In this document: positions 27,341-40,468 of the stretch, piece after piece
Numbering within the stretch: the stretch's first letter is position 1
How the letters are laid out: the number at the start of each line of letters is the position of its first letter
DNA from: the human T2T-CHM13v2.0 reference genome, Homo sapiens
DNA length: 64,000 nt
Direction: 5' to 3' (one strand)
Assembly: GCF_009914755.1 (NCBI RefSeq)
Contig: NC_060932.1
Notes under the pieces: generated by a model
Told to the model about the DNA's origin: nothing
Seen by the model: only the letters and a program-made list of their open reading frames with translations
Database searches by the model: none
Made by a program: the position numbers and the translations under genes

Positions 27341-28329
27341 GGAATGAACACAATAAAAATTCTTACAAATGCCGTTATTTTACAACTAGATGCACACAAT
27401 ATAAAGCTTATCGAGAGAGCAGTATTTATTTGATTAAAATTTATATTAAGTATTAATAAAGAAAAAATTCAAAATAATACTTTATATGTATAAAATATAT
27501 AAAGAGCTAATATATTATGTATACTATATAAATGTGAAAATGAATATAAGTATTTTTTCTATTTTGTTTTTATGTGAAAATCCTATGTGATTTTTCAAAC
27601 CAAATAACATTTTCATGAAATGTAAATATATCTTGTATAGTTTTTCAGTGGGCTGCTCTGGAAATCATGCCAGTTAATAAAGAAGTCTAAAATAATTGTA
27701 CCAATATTAAGAAAATTGTCATACATTTAATCAGGTTTGACACTTTCATTATAGGTAAGAAGTTGCTTTTAAGGTAATGCTAAGATCTTTCAGAGTCAAA
27801 TGAGTGAATATATTATAAGTTGAATAACTCAAGTCCGTTCTCAGAGAAAAGAAATTTAAGAATGCTGTATTTTGAGAAGAAAAGTCAAATCTGGCAAATA
27901 CTGAGTGTGTGCATTGCTGATGTGAGCCTAAAAGAGATACCTTTTATTCTCCTAGGTCCTACTTTTCATCTGGTATAAGCTTGGGAGCAATATGTTCTCC
28001 AGTTTTAAAAGTTTATGTCCTCTGTGGTCTTGTTTCTGTTTCTGAATATACAATTAAGAAAAAACTCACATGTGTTCTTATGAGTCTCCCAAAAGGTCTA
28101 TAACATGTTATCACTATAATTGATTGTCAACATTGATTAATTTTAATAATTCAAACACCTCACAATGGGGGTTCAAATCCTAACTTCATTATCACCACTA
28201 AATTATTTTAGTCATCTGCTAACTGATGAAGTAGTCAAATATTCTATGTTTCAAACACACCCTGCATAGCACATAAGAAATAAAGTATTATTTAATGTAC
28301 TAATTAATTATACTATTTAATGCCTGAAT

Positions 28330-30290
28330 TATAAAAATATACTATGTAATAGAAAAAAGAGAAGAAAAACACAGTATCTTGATAGACACAGAACATCATT
28401 TGACAAAATCCAATACTCTTCAATAATTAAAAATCAACAAATTAGAAATGAAAGCTAAATGTCATTAAAGTCATATGTGATAATCCCATAGCTAACTTTA
28501 TACTTAATGGTGAGAGACTTAATTCTTCCCCTCAAAGATCAGGAAGAAGATAAGGAAGTCCACTCTTATCACTTCTATTTAGTATTGTAATGGACAGTTT
28601 AGCAAAAGCAATTAGACAAGAAAATGAAATAAAAGGCCTCCAGATTCAGAAGAAAGAAAAATATCTGTTTTCAGATAGTGTGATCTTACATATAGAAAAT
28701 TATAAGGAATACACACAAACATATACAAATGATTTGAATTAATTAATAAGTTTAACAAGGTTGCAGGATACAAGATCAATATACAAAAATTAATTGTATT
28801 TGTATACACTAGCAATGCACTATATGAAAATAAAATTAAGGAAATACTTTCTTTTACAATAGCAACAAATTGAATAAAATACTTAATATAAGTGTAACTA
28901 AAGGGCAAGATTTTTACACGAAAAACTAAAAAGTTATTGAATTATGTTAAAGATTATTTAAGCAAGTAAAAACATGTCTGAAGTTTATAGGTTAGATAAA
29001 TTAAGAGTATTAAGATGCCCTCCTCATATTAATCTACAGATTAAACACAATTGCTGTGAATAGCTCAGCTGCCTTTCTTCTAGAAATTGACAATCTGGTC
29101 CTAAAATCAATTTAGAAATGCAAAGGATGTTGAATACCAAAAACAATCTTGAAAAATTAACACTCTCACTTCTTGTTTTCAAAATTTAATGCACTTTTAA
29201 AACAAGACAGTGTGGTACTGGCATAAAGAAACGATGGAAGATAATAGAGAATCCAGAAATAAACTCTTCTGTTTATTTTCAATTCATTTTCAGCAAGGAT
29301 GCCAAGATAATTCAATGGGGAAAGAAAAATTATTTCAATAAATGGTTCTGAGATAATATTAATATGAAAATAAATGAAGTTGGATGCTTATATACAAAAG
29401 TATTTTTAAAAGATTGATAAATCTAAATGTAAGAGCCCTTAAAAGTAAACATAGTAGTAAATCTTTGTGACCATTGCTTAGTCAATCGTTTCTTAGATTT
29501 AACACAAAAAGCACTCAAAACAAAATAAAAGCCAGTAAACTGTACTAAATCAAAATTTTAAATGTCATACTATACACGACACCATCAAAAGAAGTGAAAA
29601 AAAAGCACAGAATAGGAGAAATATTTACAAATTTGTATCTGGTAAGTTTACAACACAGAATATACAAATCACTTGTATAACTCAATGAGAAAAAGATAAC
29701 CCAGTTTACAATGGGCAGTGGATTTGAGTAGGTATCTCTCCATAGAATATATACAAATGGACAATAAGATACTCAACATTACTAAACTTTGGATAAACAG
29801 AAATAAAACTCACAATATAATACCACTTCACAGCCATTAGGACAGGTGTATTAAACATGATAGATAATAGATAGAGAGGGAGAGAGAGAGAGAGAAATTA
29901 GAATCTTCATACATTGCTGGCCAGACTAATAAAATCATGAAGCCACTTTGTACTATACTTTTGGGGTTCCACAAAATATTGAACATTAGATACTGTATGA
30001 TTCAGCAATTCCACTTTTTGATATCTATGCAAAAATACTTTAAAAATACTAATACACACACACACACGTGCACAATTTACACAAATGTTTATAGCGATAC
30101 CCAAAAGTTGGAATACCCAATACCCAAAAGTTGGAAACAACCCAAATGTCCATGAACAAATGAATGGCTGAAGAAAAGATTATATATACTTACTAGAATA
30201 TTATATAGCAATACAAAGAAATATAACACTGAAACATGCTACAAGGATGAATCAGGAAATCATTATGCTAAGTGAAATAATACTAGATAT
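28330..30290 (+). mobile_element. Old L1M ORF2 3' half and 3' UTR
   Basis: Sense L1 motifs 'catttgacaaaatccaatac', 'aaggttgcaggatacaagatcaatatacaaaaat', 'acagtgtggtactggcataaag' and 'caacccaaatgtccatgaac'. Confidence 0.88.
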
Positions 30291-30964
30291 TTTACATAAT
30301 GCCTAGATATTTTAAGGAAGGACTGGAAGGATAACATTTCAAAATGCTAAAGGAACATAAAAATGAATTTATTTAAACAAACAAGTGGCCTTTGAGGAGT
30401 TTAGGAAAACAGAAAAAACACATTGGAGACTAAGAAAATATCACTCTGATTTTGAGAGAGGAAAAGGATTGATAAAAAACATTGTTATTGTCTGTTGATT
30501 GTGATCAAAACTCTTAAATGTTGTCAGTGGTGCTGGGGGGAAATGATGAATTCAGGTAAAGAAATGCTGAGCATGTGTTTAAGGAGCATCTAGGTATAGA
30601 TGCACATTATGCTGCTGAATATGTGATTCTGGGGTGCAGGCAAAGGCATTTGCTTAGGCATTTGATTGGAAATTGTCCTCATGTGGATGATGTCTGATGA
30701 AGTATGAAATCATCCTCACATGGATGGGATCTGATGCTGTAGTAGTAGGGGAGGCCCCAGAGAAATCAAGCAAAGGACACATGAGGGCTGAAGAGAGAAA
30801 CCTGAAAAAAAGTCTACTTTAAGGCTATAAGCAAAAAAGAAGATACAAAGGAGTTTGGGCATGGTAGTCATAGAGGCAGGTGGAGTAACAAGCAATGTCA
30901 CAGAGTTCTAGAGATGTCCAGGAGAAAAGAGCATTCCAGGAAGAAGTGGTCCAGAGTCAAAATG

Positions 30965-31268
30965 GGCCAGGCATGGGGGCTCACGCCTGTAATCCCAGGA
31001 TTTTGGGAGGCCAAGGTGGGAGGTTCACTTGAGCCCCAGAGTTTGAGACCAGCCTGGGCAACATGGCACAACCTCATCTCTACAAAAAATACAAAAGTTA
31101 GCCAAGCATGGTGACACATATTTGTAGTCCCAGCTACTGGAAAGGCTGAGGTGGGAGGATCACTTGACCCATGAGGCAGAGGTTACAGGGAGCTATGATC
31201 ACAACTGCACTCCAGCTTGGATAACAGAGTCAGAACCTGTCTCAAAAAGAAAAAAAAGAAAAAAAAAA
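30965..31268 (+). mobile_element. AluJ within an L2 remnant
   Basis: Dimeric Alu with A-tail and 'agagtcaaa' repeated on both sides. The flanks are L2-like. Confidence 0.92.
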
Positions 31269-31419
31269 GAGTCAAAGGGCCACACATACAAGAGAGTGCA
31301 TAACCTAAGAACTGAATATTGATTTGAAAACAAATGGAATTATTTTCCTCTGGTTACAGTAAATGAGACTGTGGGTAGAGGTTTGCAGTGAGACATCTAG
31401 GGCAGCAAGTGTATGCACC

Positions 31420-32347
31420 ACTGCTTTTTAATTTGGGGTCTGGAGAACACTGTGGGTGGGGGTATCTTGCAACTTTGGCAGTGGGTTCAAGAGGTCCAAG
31501 CTACTTTAACAAAAATTGAATGCTATTATTTGCCTTTTTTACATTCATTCTCCAACAAGTGCACAAGAGAGTTTTCTAGAGTCTCCATGAAGCATGTTAT
31601 GTTATTGTAGTGATGGCTAATGGAATGTGTGCTTGGGTACTCTTGTATTTCTTAGAATTTTGTAAGATAGTTTTTTAAAGAAATACATCAATATTTGGAA
31701 GATCTGCATAACTTAGGAAACCAGTATTTTCTCAATGACCAGTATATTTCAAAATCATGCATTTGTAAAAGAGCCATTTATAACCCAAGATATCCCAAAG
31801 AATTGAAATGAAACAGGGTAGGAAATGTTTTTCAATTATGAATTAAGTCCACACTTAGCTAAACTTTGAGAAACTACAACTTTTCAAGCTTAGTGTAGTT
31901 ATCAATGAAAAAAATCGACAATTATCCAAATTGGTTATTAAAATACTCTTCTTCTCTCAACTGCGTATCAGTGTAGGCCTTATTTTCACTGCTCCAGCCA
32001 GAACCACATCCTGCAAAAGGTTGGATGCAGAAGCACACATCAGAATCTAGTTGTGTACTAGTAAGCCTGACATGATAGAAATTTGCGAGAGTGTTAAACA
32101 GTGCCACTCTCCACTAATCTTTGGAGGAATCATTATGGTTTATTTCAAAAATACCTTATGCATGTTAACATGTAAATTCCTTATTATTGTCATTAAACCT
32201 TTTTAATTTTTTGAAAAACTTTAGTTTTAATTCAGAATATAGTGAATATCAACCCCTGTAATTCATGTACATAAAATCTTTTGGGGGTACTGAGTAATTC
32301 TAATATGTGTAAAGGGGTCCCAAGAACACAAAGTGTAAGAACCACTG
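31420..32347 (+). mobile_element. hAT Charlie1-like DNA transposon fragment
   Basis: 'atatttggaagatctgcataacttaggaaaccagtatttt', 'ttggatgcagaagcacacatcagaatc' and terminal 'aaaggggtcccaagaacacaaagtgtaagaaccactg'. Confidence 0.75.
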
Positions 32348-32431
32348 ATTTAGACCACCCACACTTTCAAGAGTTTAATAATGAAAATGGAAGAGAAAAT
32401 CGGAGTGATAACAGGTAGGGATAACTGGTAG

Positions 32432-32868
32432 TGATACAAGATTTTTTACTCCTTAGCTCAGCTAGGTTCAGGTTCTTGTCTCTTGCCAGGAAACATTAGG
32501 TGTGTGGACACCAGAGAGTGAGTGGTGTAGAATTTTTTAAGCAAAAGGAAAGCTCTCAGCAAAGAGAGGAGTCCTGAAAGCAGATTGTTGGTTGCCCCTC
32601 ACAGTTGAATACAAGGGCGTATATAAATATAAGCTGATGAGGCTGGGTTCCCTATTTGTATAAGGAATGAATTCTTGGTGGCTCCACCCACTTCCCCCAG
32701 TGTGCATGCAGGCCCTTAGTCCTCTGCAGGCATGTTTAGGCAAGCCCCCTGTGCAAGTGCCCTTATCTGCATAAAACATCTGACGTAAGCACTTTTGGGG
32801 CAGGTCGGAGGTTCTCCGGAGACCCTTCCCTTACTGTATGCTTAAAGCAAGCTGGCTAACTTCTTTCA
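32432..32868 (-). mobile_element. ERV1 solo LTR (MER61-like)
   Basis: TG...CA termini with a 4-bp TSD GTAG, which fits ERV1. Motif 'aaaggaaagctctcagcaaagagagg'. Confidence 0.8.
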
Positions 32869-33179
32869 GTAGGGATATAAACTTCTTCAAAATAATATTT
32901 ATTTTTGTCTTTAAAGGTAGGACAGACTTAATTATACTTGAATACCCACGGGAAGGAGCAAGTAGAGAAGAAGGAGCTAAAAATATAATAAAAGAGGAGG
33001 AAAACAATACATGACACTTCAAACTCCTCGAAAATTTTATTATCCTGAGCATACCTGGCATCCACACCCTCATGTGGTTTCTCAAATCATGCTCCAGTGA
33101 AAGGAACCAGAGTTCTAACTGGCTCAACTCAGGCTGGTTGGGAAAAATGCAAGAGTCCAGGGCACCCTGTGGCAACAGA

Positions 33180-34680
33180 AAAATAAGGAAGCACTCATAA
33201 AAGGATGGGATGTTAGAGAGCTACAAGAACCAGCCTGATAGTACTCCCAGTGGCCAAACCTGGAACAATTTGGACCATAAAATAAACAATGGCAATACTG
33301 GATTAAAACCTATAGAGTACATAAAACTGAAATCCAGGAATCCAAACTGATTTAAATAAGTGATTGAATAAATAAATAAATAAGTAAGGGAAAAGGGATA
33401 TTTCTCCTGTTTATGAGCATTCTATTAAGAAACATGAAGAATGAGAGAAATTAAAATCACCATCTCGGGCAGAAACAAGATATTTGCAGTCTCAGAATAT
33501 CTGCCCCCAAAATATTATTAATTACAGAGTGAAAATATTTACTGTACAGTTGAAGAGCCCAGCAGATACTTCCTTGTCTATGTCAGCAAGGGTACATTGT
33601 TGGTACTGTGAATTATGCCTCTGATGTAGTGAGCATGTACATCATCTGTTGGTGATATTCTTTCTAGTAAATGTCGAACCTGAATTTAGTCATGAGAAAA
33701 CAGCAGACAAATCTATATTGAGGGACACTGTACGAACTAATTGAACAGGACTATTTAGAAGTGTTAGTCATGGAAAACAACATGGTGAGCGGACCGCCCC
33801 TCCCCCACATGCATGCCCTAAGCCCTGGATCCAGCAGATGTGAACTTACTTGGCAACAGGGACTTGGCAGATGTGAAGCTGTGAGATTACCAGCCTTAAA
33901 GTGGAGAGGTTTTTCTGGATTCACGAGCTATAGCCAGTCTAGTCACATGGATGTTTAAAAGGTCAGAGCTTTGTGCACCTGTTAGAAAGCTGCTACAAGT
34001 GCAGGACCTAAGGTTGGAGAGACTCCAAGTGTGAGGAGGATTTGATGCACTGTTGATGACGCTGAGATGACAGGCTATGTGCCAGGACCAGCGAGAGATC
34101 ACCAAGAGTTCAGGAGAGCCCCCTGCTCACAGCCAGCAGGGAAACTGGCCTCAGTCTTACAACCACAAAGAGGTGGTTCCAGCAACCACCTAAATGAGCT
34201 TGAGGCTGACTTTTCCCAGAACCTTTCAGTAAGAGCTGAGCTTGATTTTCACTGGTAAAATCCAAGCAGAAGAATCAGTGGAGACAACTTACCTACAGAA
34301 CTGTAGGAAAATAAATTTGTGTTTTTAAGGTGTTAAGTTTATTAAAAGTTCTAATAGCAGCAACAGAATATAAATGCAGACCAGGGAAGACTGAAGAACT
34401 GTCATGGAATGGGAGAGACTGAGGAGACTTGATGATCACATGCAGGGTAGGGTCCTAGACCAGAAAAGAGCATCAGTGGGAAGAAGGGCAGAATCCAGAC
34501 AAAGTCTGTAGTTTAGCTGATAGCGTTATACCAACAGTGAGTTCTTAGTTTTGACAAATACATCATGGTTATAAAAAACGTTAACAATAAAGAAAGCTGT
34601 GAAGCATTCACAAGCGTTCTCTTCACTGGTTTCAACATTTCTATGTCTAAAATTGTTTAAAAGTAAAATGTTAAAAAAGT
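33180..34680 (+). mobile_element. L1MC-type 3' UTR interrupted by an MLT1 LTR
   Basis: 'ccagtggccaaacctggaacaatttgg' and 'aaagtctgtagtttagctgatagcg...ctaaaattgtttaaaagtaaaatgttaaaaaa'. Confidence 0.7.
33783..34378 (+). mobile_element. MLT1 (D/E-like) LTR
   Basis: 'ggcaacagggacttggcagatgtga...cctacagaactgtaggaaaataaatttgtgtttttaag...agcagcaacagaa'. Confidence 0.8.
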
Positions 34681-35894
34681 CTATTATTCCAAGTCTTAAG
34701 TTTCCTGAAGACATCCATGACCCCTGAGACCCTTCCCACTTCTGAACTCCTTATATTTTCATTCTTAGACTGTATATTCATTGAACTAACTTATTACATA
34801 AAGCACTTTAAGATGAATAGTGCGGAGACTCTCATACAGTTTCTCCTTTTAGTGAAATAATATTGTTTGCATAAACACCCTTTGGCAAAAAGGTGTGTTC
34901 GTTTGAAGGCTGCTCCTAGTTCCCTCCTCCCGGTAAGCCCAGTCTTGCTAATAATGCAGGCTTCTACACAGATGGTTTTTATTCACATGTCAGATGGAGT
35001 CATTCGAGTAACAGATTTAAAACATCTGCACCTCTTTAAAGGGAGTTATAGATAAGAGTAATAGATCTATTATATGTTTGTATAGTTTTTTATGACAAAT
35101 AAAGGTAAATATTAGATAATTTTAAACAGTTAAACACAGATTGGGACCTCTTATTTGTAAGGCTTTTGATATGATTTTTTTATTCCAGACGATCTGCTAC
35201 GATTTGCTTACATTAATCAGTAAATATTTATTTAACATCATTTATTCAATGACCAATAGTTAACCCAACTTTTAAAAAGATCAAAGAGTATCACAGTATA
35301 AATTTACTGATTACTTGAAGACAAAACATCTAAATTAGTAAAATAGCTACGTTGTGTAGTTGTTTTTAGGATTTTGATGGCTATACCTTCCATGTTGTGA
35401 ATTCTAATTCAAGTGTTGATCTGCTTATTTAAGGAGTAGTATCCTGCTGATCCTTGCCAGCCCATGGCTGAGGCCAGATGACAACAGAGCACAGAGACTA
35501 GGCTAGAGGAATGTGAGGGTCCCGGGCACACAGGCAGGACTGCATCCAGGTACAGATTTTAACCAGCACAGACCTGTTGAGCACCAAGGATCTGAAGGCA
35601 ATGATAATATAGTCGCTTTCTTTCAATGCTTTATAGCCCAGGGAGGAGACCTACATGTGAGCAGATGATTACATTACAAAGCAAAAAATGTTGTGATAAG
35701 GATTTAATTAAGGCACTATGGCAGCACAGTGGGGACAGATGCCATCAGGGATGTATCCAGAAAGAAGAGGAATCTGGATTGCATCAAAGGATGAACACGG
35801 GCCATCCACACAGAAAGGGAAAGAAGCATGTCGCAAGCATGCCTGAATAGGGAGAGCTGGGCCGCAGCCTCACTCTTGCTTGCAAAGAATCTTG

Positions 35895-35908
35895 CTTGCC
35901 ATGGCAAC
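35895..35908. promoter_or_regulatory. RFX X-box motif
   Basis: CTTGCCATGGCAAC is a 13/14 match to the palindromic X-box GTTGCCATGGCAAC. Function is untested. Confidence 0.4.
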
Positions 35909-36431
35909 AGCAGGAGCCCAGGCTTAGAAAAGAATGTATGAAAACAGCCCTCCCCGTGGCCAGGTGCACCCCTGGAGTCATCCGGTCCCTGGAATCTTGG
36001 ACTTTGACTTCCCTACATTTGATACAACCATAAACAAGGTATAGAAATCAAGTTATATGAGGGACAGTATAGATCAATGCATCTATTTCATGTGTCAGAT
36101 GCAAGGAAAGGTCAGTGGATTCACAGATATCGACTCATCCTACACCCATATGATGCATCCTGGGAAGACAGAGGAGCAGTGGAATTCCCAAACAAATAAG
36201 CTAGGCCTAAGAAAGTGAAAGTAGACACCTATTGGCTAAGGTGAGGCAGACGTCCTAGATTGGGAGGCAGGCAGCAAAAAGATGCTTGGCAATGTGACAG
36301 TTGTAACAGGCTGACAATTGCCTCCAACTAAAATGTTTCTGGAGTTTAAGAGGAATTCATTATCTATTGCTTTGGGGTGTTTTGCATCTACACAAAGTGA
36401 TAAACTGGGTGGCCGAGTCATACTGCAAAGG

Positions 36432-36715
36432 TCCCAACACTTTGCAAGGCCGAGGCGGCTGGATCACCTGAAGTCAGGAGTTTGAGACCAGCCTGGCCAA
36501 CATGGTGAAACCCAGTCTCTAATAAAAATACAAAAATTAGCCGGACATGGTGGCGGACACTTGTAATCCCAGCTACTCGAGAGGCTGAGGCAGGAGAACC
36601 ACTTGAACTCGGGAGGTGGAGGTTGCAGTGAGCCGAGATCACACCAGCCTGGACAATGAATGAAACTTTGTCTCAAAAAAAAAAAAAAAAAAAAAAAAAG
36701 GAAAAAGAAAGAAAA
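36432..36715 (+). mobile_element. AluS, 5' end eroded
   Basis: 'ggatcacctgaagtcaggagtttgagaccagcctggcc' and a long A tail. Confidence 0.92.
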
Positions 36716-39700
36716 CACCCACACTAGGAGAACCTAGGGAAATGCAGAAAGGAATCCGGTTCAAACCCAGCCTAACTGCTAGTAAAGAACATGAAAGCAA
36801 GTAATACCAAGATTTGTGATTACTCTGAGTAATCTATGCTCATGTATCAGTGAGTTTTGGGTTTTGCTAAGCATATTTGAAATCTGAATTATACTTGAAA
36901 TACTGTAATAAACCTTTTTTTAAGTATAAGGACTAAGTCCTCTAAAAATTATCCTAATTTCATACTTCTGAATTTTAGATGAATGGAATTTACAATAGTC
37001 AGATCAGTGAATAATTTGTCAATTCTATCATTTAAATGAAACATTAGCAAAGGAAGGGGATATTTAAATATTTCAAAGTCAGTACATCTCACACGTTTTA
37101 TTCAAGGTGCCCTTATTTAACAATATTAAATCTGAATTCTTAAGCAAACAAAAACCAAAGGAGTGTTCACCAAAGTTTGGGTAACTCGTTTTTGTCTGCC
37201 TACTATGTGAAAAGCCTTGTGCCAGGCAATGTGGTTGATTAAAATGTGATAATCATAAGTACAGTCTCAAGGACTTGAGAATATAATGAGGGAGATAAAA
37301 TAATACTTATACTAAATCATGATTAAATCAGATACTTCTTGGCATGAGTATTGTAAGTAGGGGGAAAGGGTCATATTTGTCACAACAGAGGCATATAGCA
37401 GTGATAAAAAGAGAGATAACAGAAGGCTTCAGAGACGTGGCATGTAAGATAAGCATTGATCCATGGGTAGAACTGTGGAAGGAGGAAGAGGAAAGGCATT
37501 CCAGAAAGGGAGAAGAGTTTGAAAACGCATGGTGAGTTCCGCAAATGTTGAGTAGCCCAATGTGGCTAGAATATAAGATTAACAGAGAGATTAAAGAGGA
37601 GATAAAATGGGAAGGTGGAAAGGGTCACATTTTAGAAGAATGAATATCACCTTATGAAACAAAACTTACATTGGAAAGAATAAATTAGACCAGAAACATC
37701 GGAGGTCAGCAGTAAGTTCTGTGTTCATCCATCCTTTTCCTCCAGCAATTCACTATGAAGATAAACAGTTGGAAGACAGGAATGCACAGACAGCAGGTTT
37801 TGGGAAAACATTAACACTAGATTTTGTAATTGGACAAAGATAAATTAAGGATAAACAAATAAGAAATAATATGCTTGAAGGCCCATGTGTGTATTTATGT
37901 GGATAGGCCTATGTACCCTTATAGTTGTCTCATTAAAACCTCGTAATTTACTCAGGTAGTTCTTCCATGTGTCCTTTACTCATCTTCTAGGATAGCTTAA
38001 ACTTTGTACTTTAACTGTAAAATGCTTTCCTGGATGGGGTCGCTCCCTCCACCCTTTTTAATCTGCTCCTGTTTCCTTTGGGTCACTGCTTGTGCCCAGT
38101 CCCTGCAGAAGGTGGCCCAACACATTGTCCACGTTCCCACCCCCGCATAACCTCTTACCCTCCACATGTGATCCAAATTACTCCTGCCTCACTAAAGTGG
38201 CTGGTATTCCAGGGATGGGCAGTAATACAGTGTGATGGGAGTCTTTTTCTGACTGGATCTGAGTGTTTAAAGAGAAATAACCTCTTTTCAATAAAGTGGA
38301 CTTCTAGCGTGTGAATGTGGACCCTCAATACTCACTTTCTCTACCAAATGAGAGTTCTGCGTCATTTACTGAATACAGCCAAGAGGCAATCAGCATATAT
38401 CTCTCTTCCTCACACCCCTGCCTCATACCTGTCCAACATTTCTGAGACACCGGGATAAGTTTGATTGAATCCAGGCCACCCCTGAAATGTTCCACGTTAT
38501 GGGGCATTAGAAATGTGGTCCATTTTTTTAATCATAAATTTAGGTTTTGATATTTACATTTGCATCCAAGAGAGTTCTAAGTAGTACAAAGCAGCATCTT
38601 TTCACTCCAAATTTGTTTCCAGTCATTTGAAAATCTAAATTATTATCTGTATTGTGACACAAATAAAAATAAACAGGAGCTTTGTTTTGGCCATGTTTTT
38701 ATTTGCTAGTGTTGCTGCTTGCTTACATTTATGAATGGATGATGATGTTCAAGTAACTTATTCATCAAAGTGATTTGACAGACCATTCAGAAATGCATAA
38801 TAAAACATAAGATAAAAATAAAAGGACATAAATAAATTATTATAGAAAAATTCGATGTTGGGTATTGATATGAAATCTGGTGTAAAGTTAGTGCAGAGAA
38901 ATGTGAATATACAAAAAACTTGAATCATTTGCTAAAAATTTATCTCTAGCTTTGCAACACTCAAAACACAAATAAAACAAAACCATACGATATAGTTCTA
39001 AACATTATATACAATAGTAACATCAACTTGTGAACGACTATAAGTCTCTGTGAAGTTACATATGCACACATTTACTTGTCCTAATCTGTTTTATTTATTA
39101 CTATTCAAAATGAAATAGAGAATCTACTCTTTTGAATTTGACAGCTGGTTTCATTCAATGGAATGTAACATATGAGTTATTAAAGAAAAAAATTTTCCCC
39201 ATTTTGAAAGGAAATTTCTAACAAAGAGATATAACCAAAGAGTAAATTGTGATTTCAAGTTGGCAAGACATGAAGATGTTTTTTAAAAACATCAAATATA
39301 ATTTATTCATCCCAGGAGTAACTGACTAAAGCAGCAAATGCTAAAAAAAGTATTTTGTTTGTTTATGTGTCATTTATTTGTTTTTAAATAACAGGTTAGG
39401 GTAATGGGTGAAGGTCAGACAGAAATGTAACAAGGAATAAAGTAATCAGATTAGGTATAGTAATGCATAGTACAAAATGGACAAATATTTTTAATTAAAG
39501 CAGTATTAAAAGTCAATTTATTTAAAGTATCTAAAATTGACTTTATTTAATTTTTTTAACAGTAATAGCAATAGTAACAGTTGACATTTAGTGGATTTTT
39601 GCTGTTTTATAAACTTTTTTTTGCATAAAAAAGCCATGGATGAATACTCTAGGATGCCTGGTTAATTCATGAGGAAAAGGAGGCTGAGAGTCTCACACCT

Positions 39701-40468
39701 AACAAAGGATAGAATGGCAGGTAGCACACGGGTGAGTCAGATTCTGGAGCCCCCTCCTCCCCGCCTCCTACACTGCCTCTGAAAGCTTGGATGGCTCATT
39801 CTCTCTGAGGCATGGAGTACTTTTAAATAAGAACAAAAATGAACCATTTTATCATTTTAATTAAGGTTTACAAATCAAATTCAATTTTATATACCATGGC
39901 ACAATTCTGAGGTTGCTGTGTCATCTAGTAACCAGCACTATCAAATGATTACAGCTGCCCTTGCAGAAACAGCTCTTGGGAAGCAAGTCCTACAACCCTT
40001 GATTTAATTTCAATTTCTATTATGCTGTTATCATAATTTTAAATGAAAATACAAAAATAGCATCTGATGAAATTCACTCACATAAAACTACTCTTGATTA
40101 AATGCCCATGTGAAAATTATGGATAGAACTGAAGGTAAAATATGCACATAATGTTTTTAAGAAGGACTCAATAGGAAGTATTACATCAACCTACATTGCT
40201 CTGAATGAGGGTTATTAAGCATCAGAAATAGTCCCCATTTGAGGTGGGAGAGAAGATGTATTTCATCTGACATGATGCCATGGTTTAAATACAGATTTAA
40301 CTAAACAATGTAGCATATGTATTTTTTCTTTTAGTTGTTATATTCTTCCAGGCATCCTTATTTGTCCTTATGTGCTTGAGTATACAATTCATGCATGAAG
40401 ATATGAAGGAAGAATTGTCCATGCTTGGAACTTCCTATTTTGGGGAAGACATTTATTTCTTCTCTTCC

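Noticed and set aside
39516-39544. 11-bp inverted repeat (aaagtcaattt / aaattgacttt)
   Set aside because: Short and AT-rich, so expected by chance in 64 kb.
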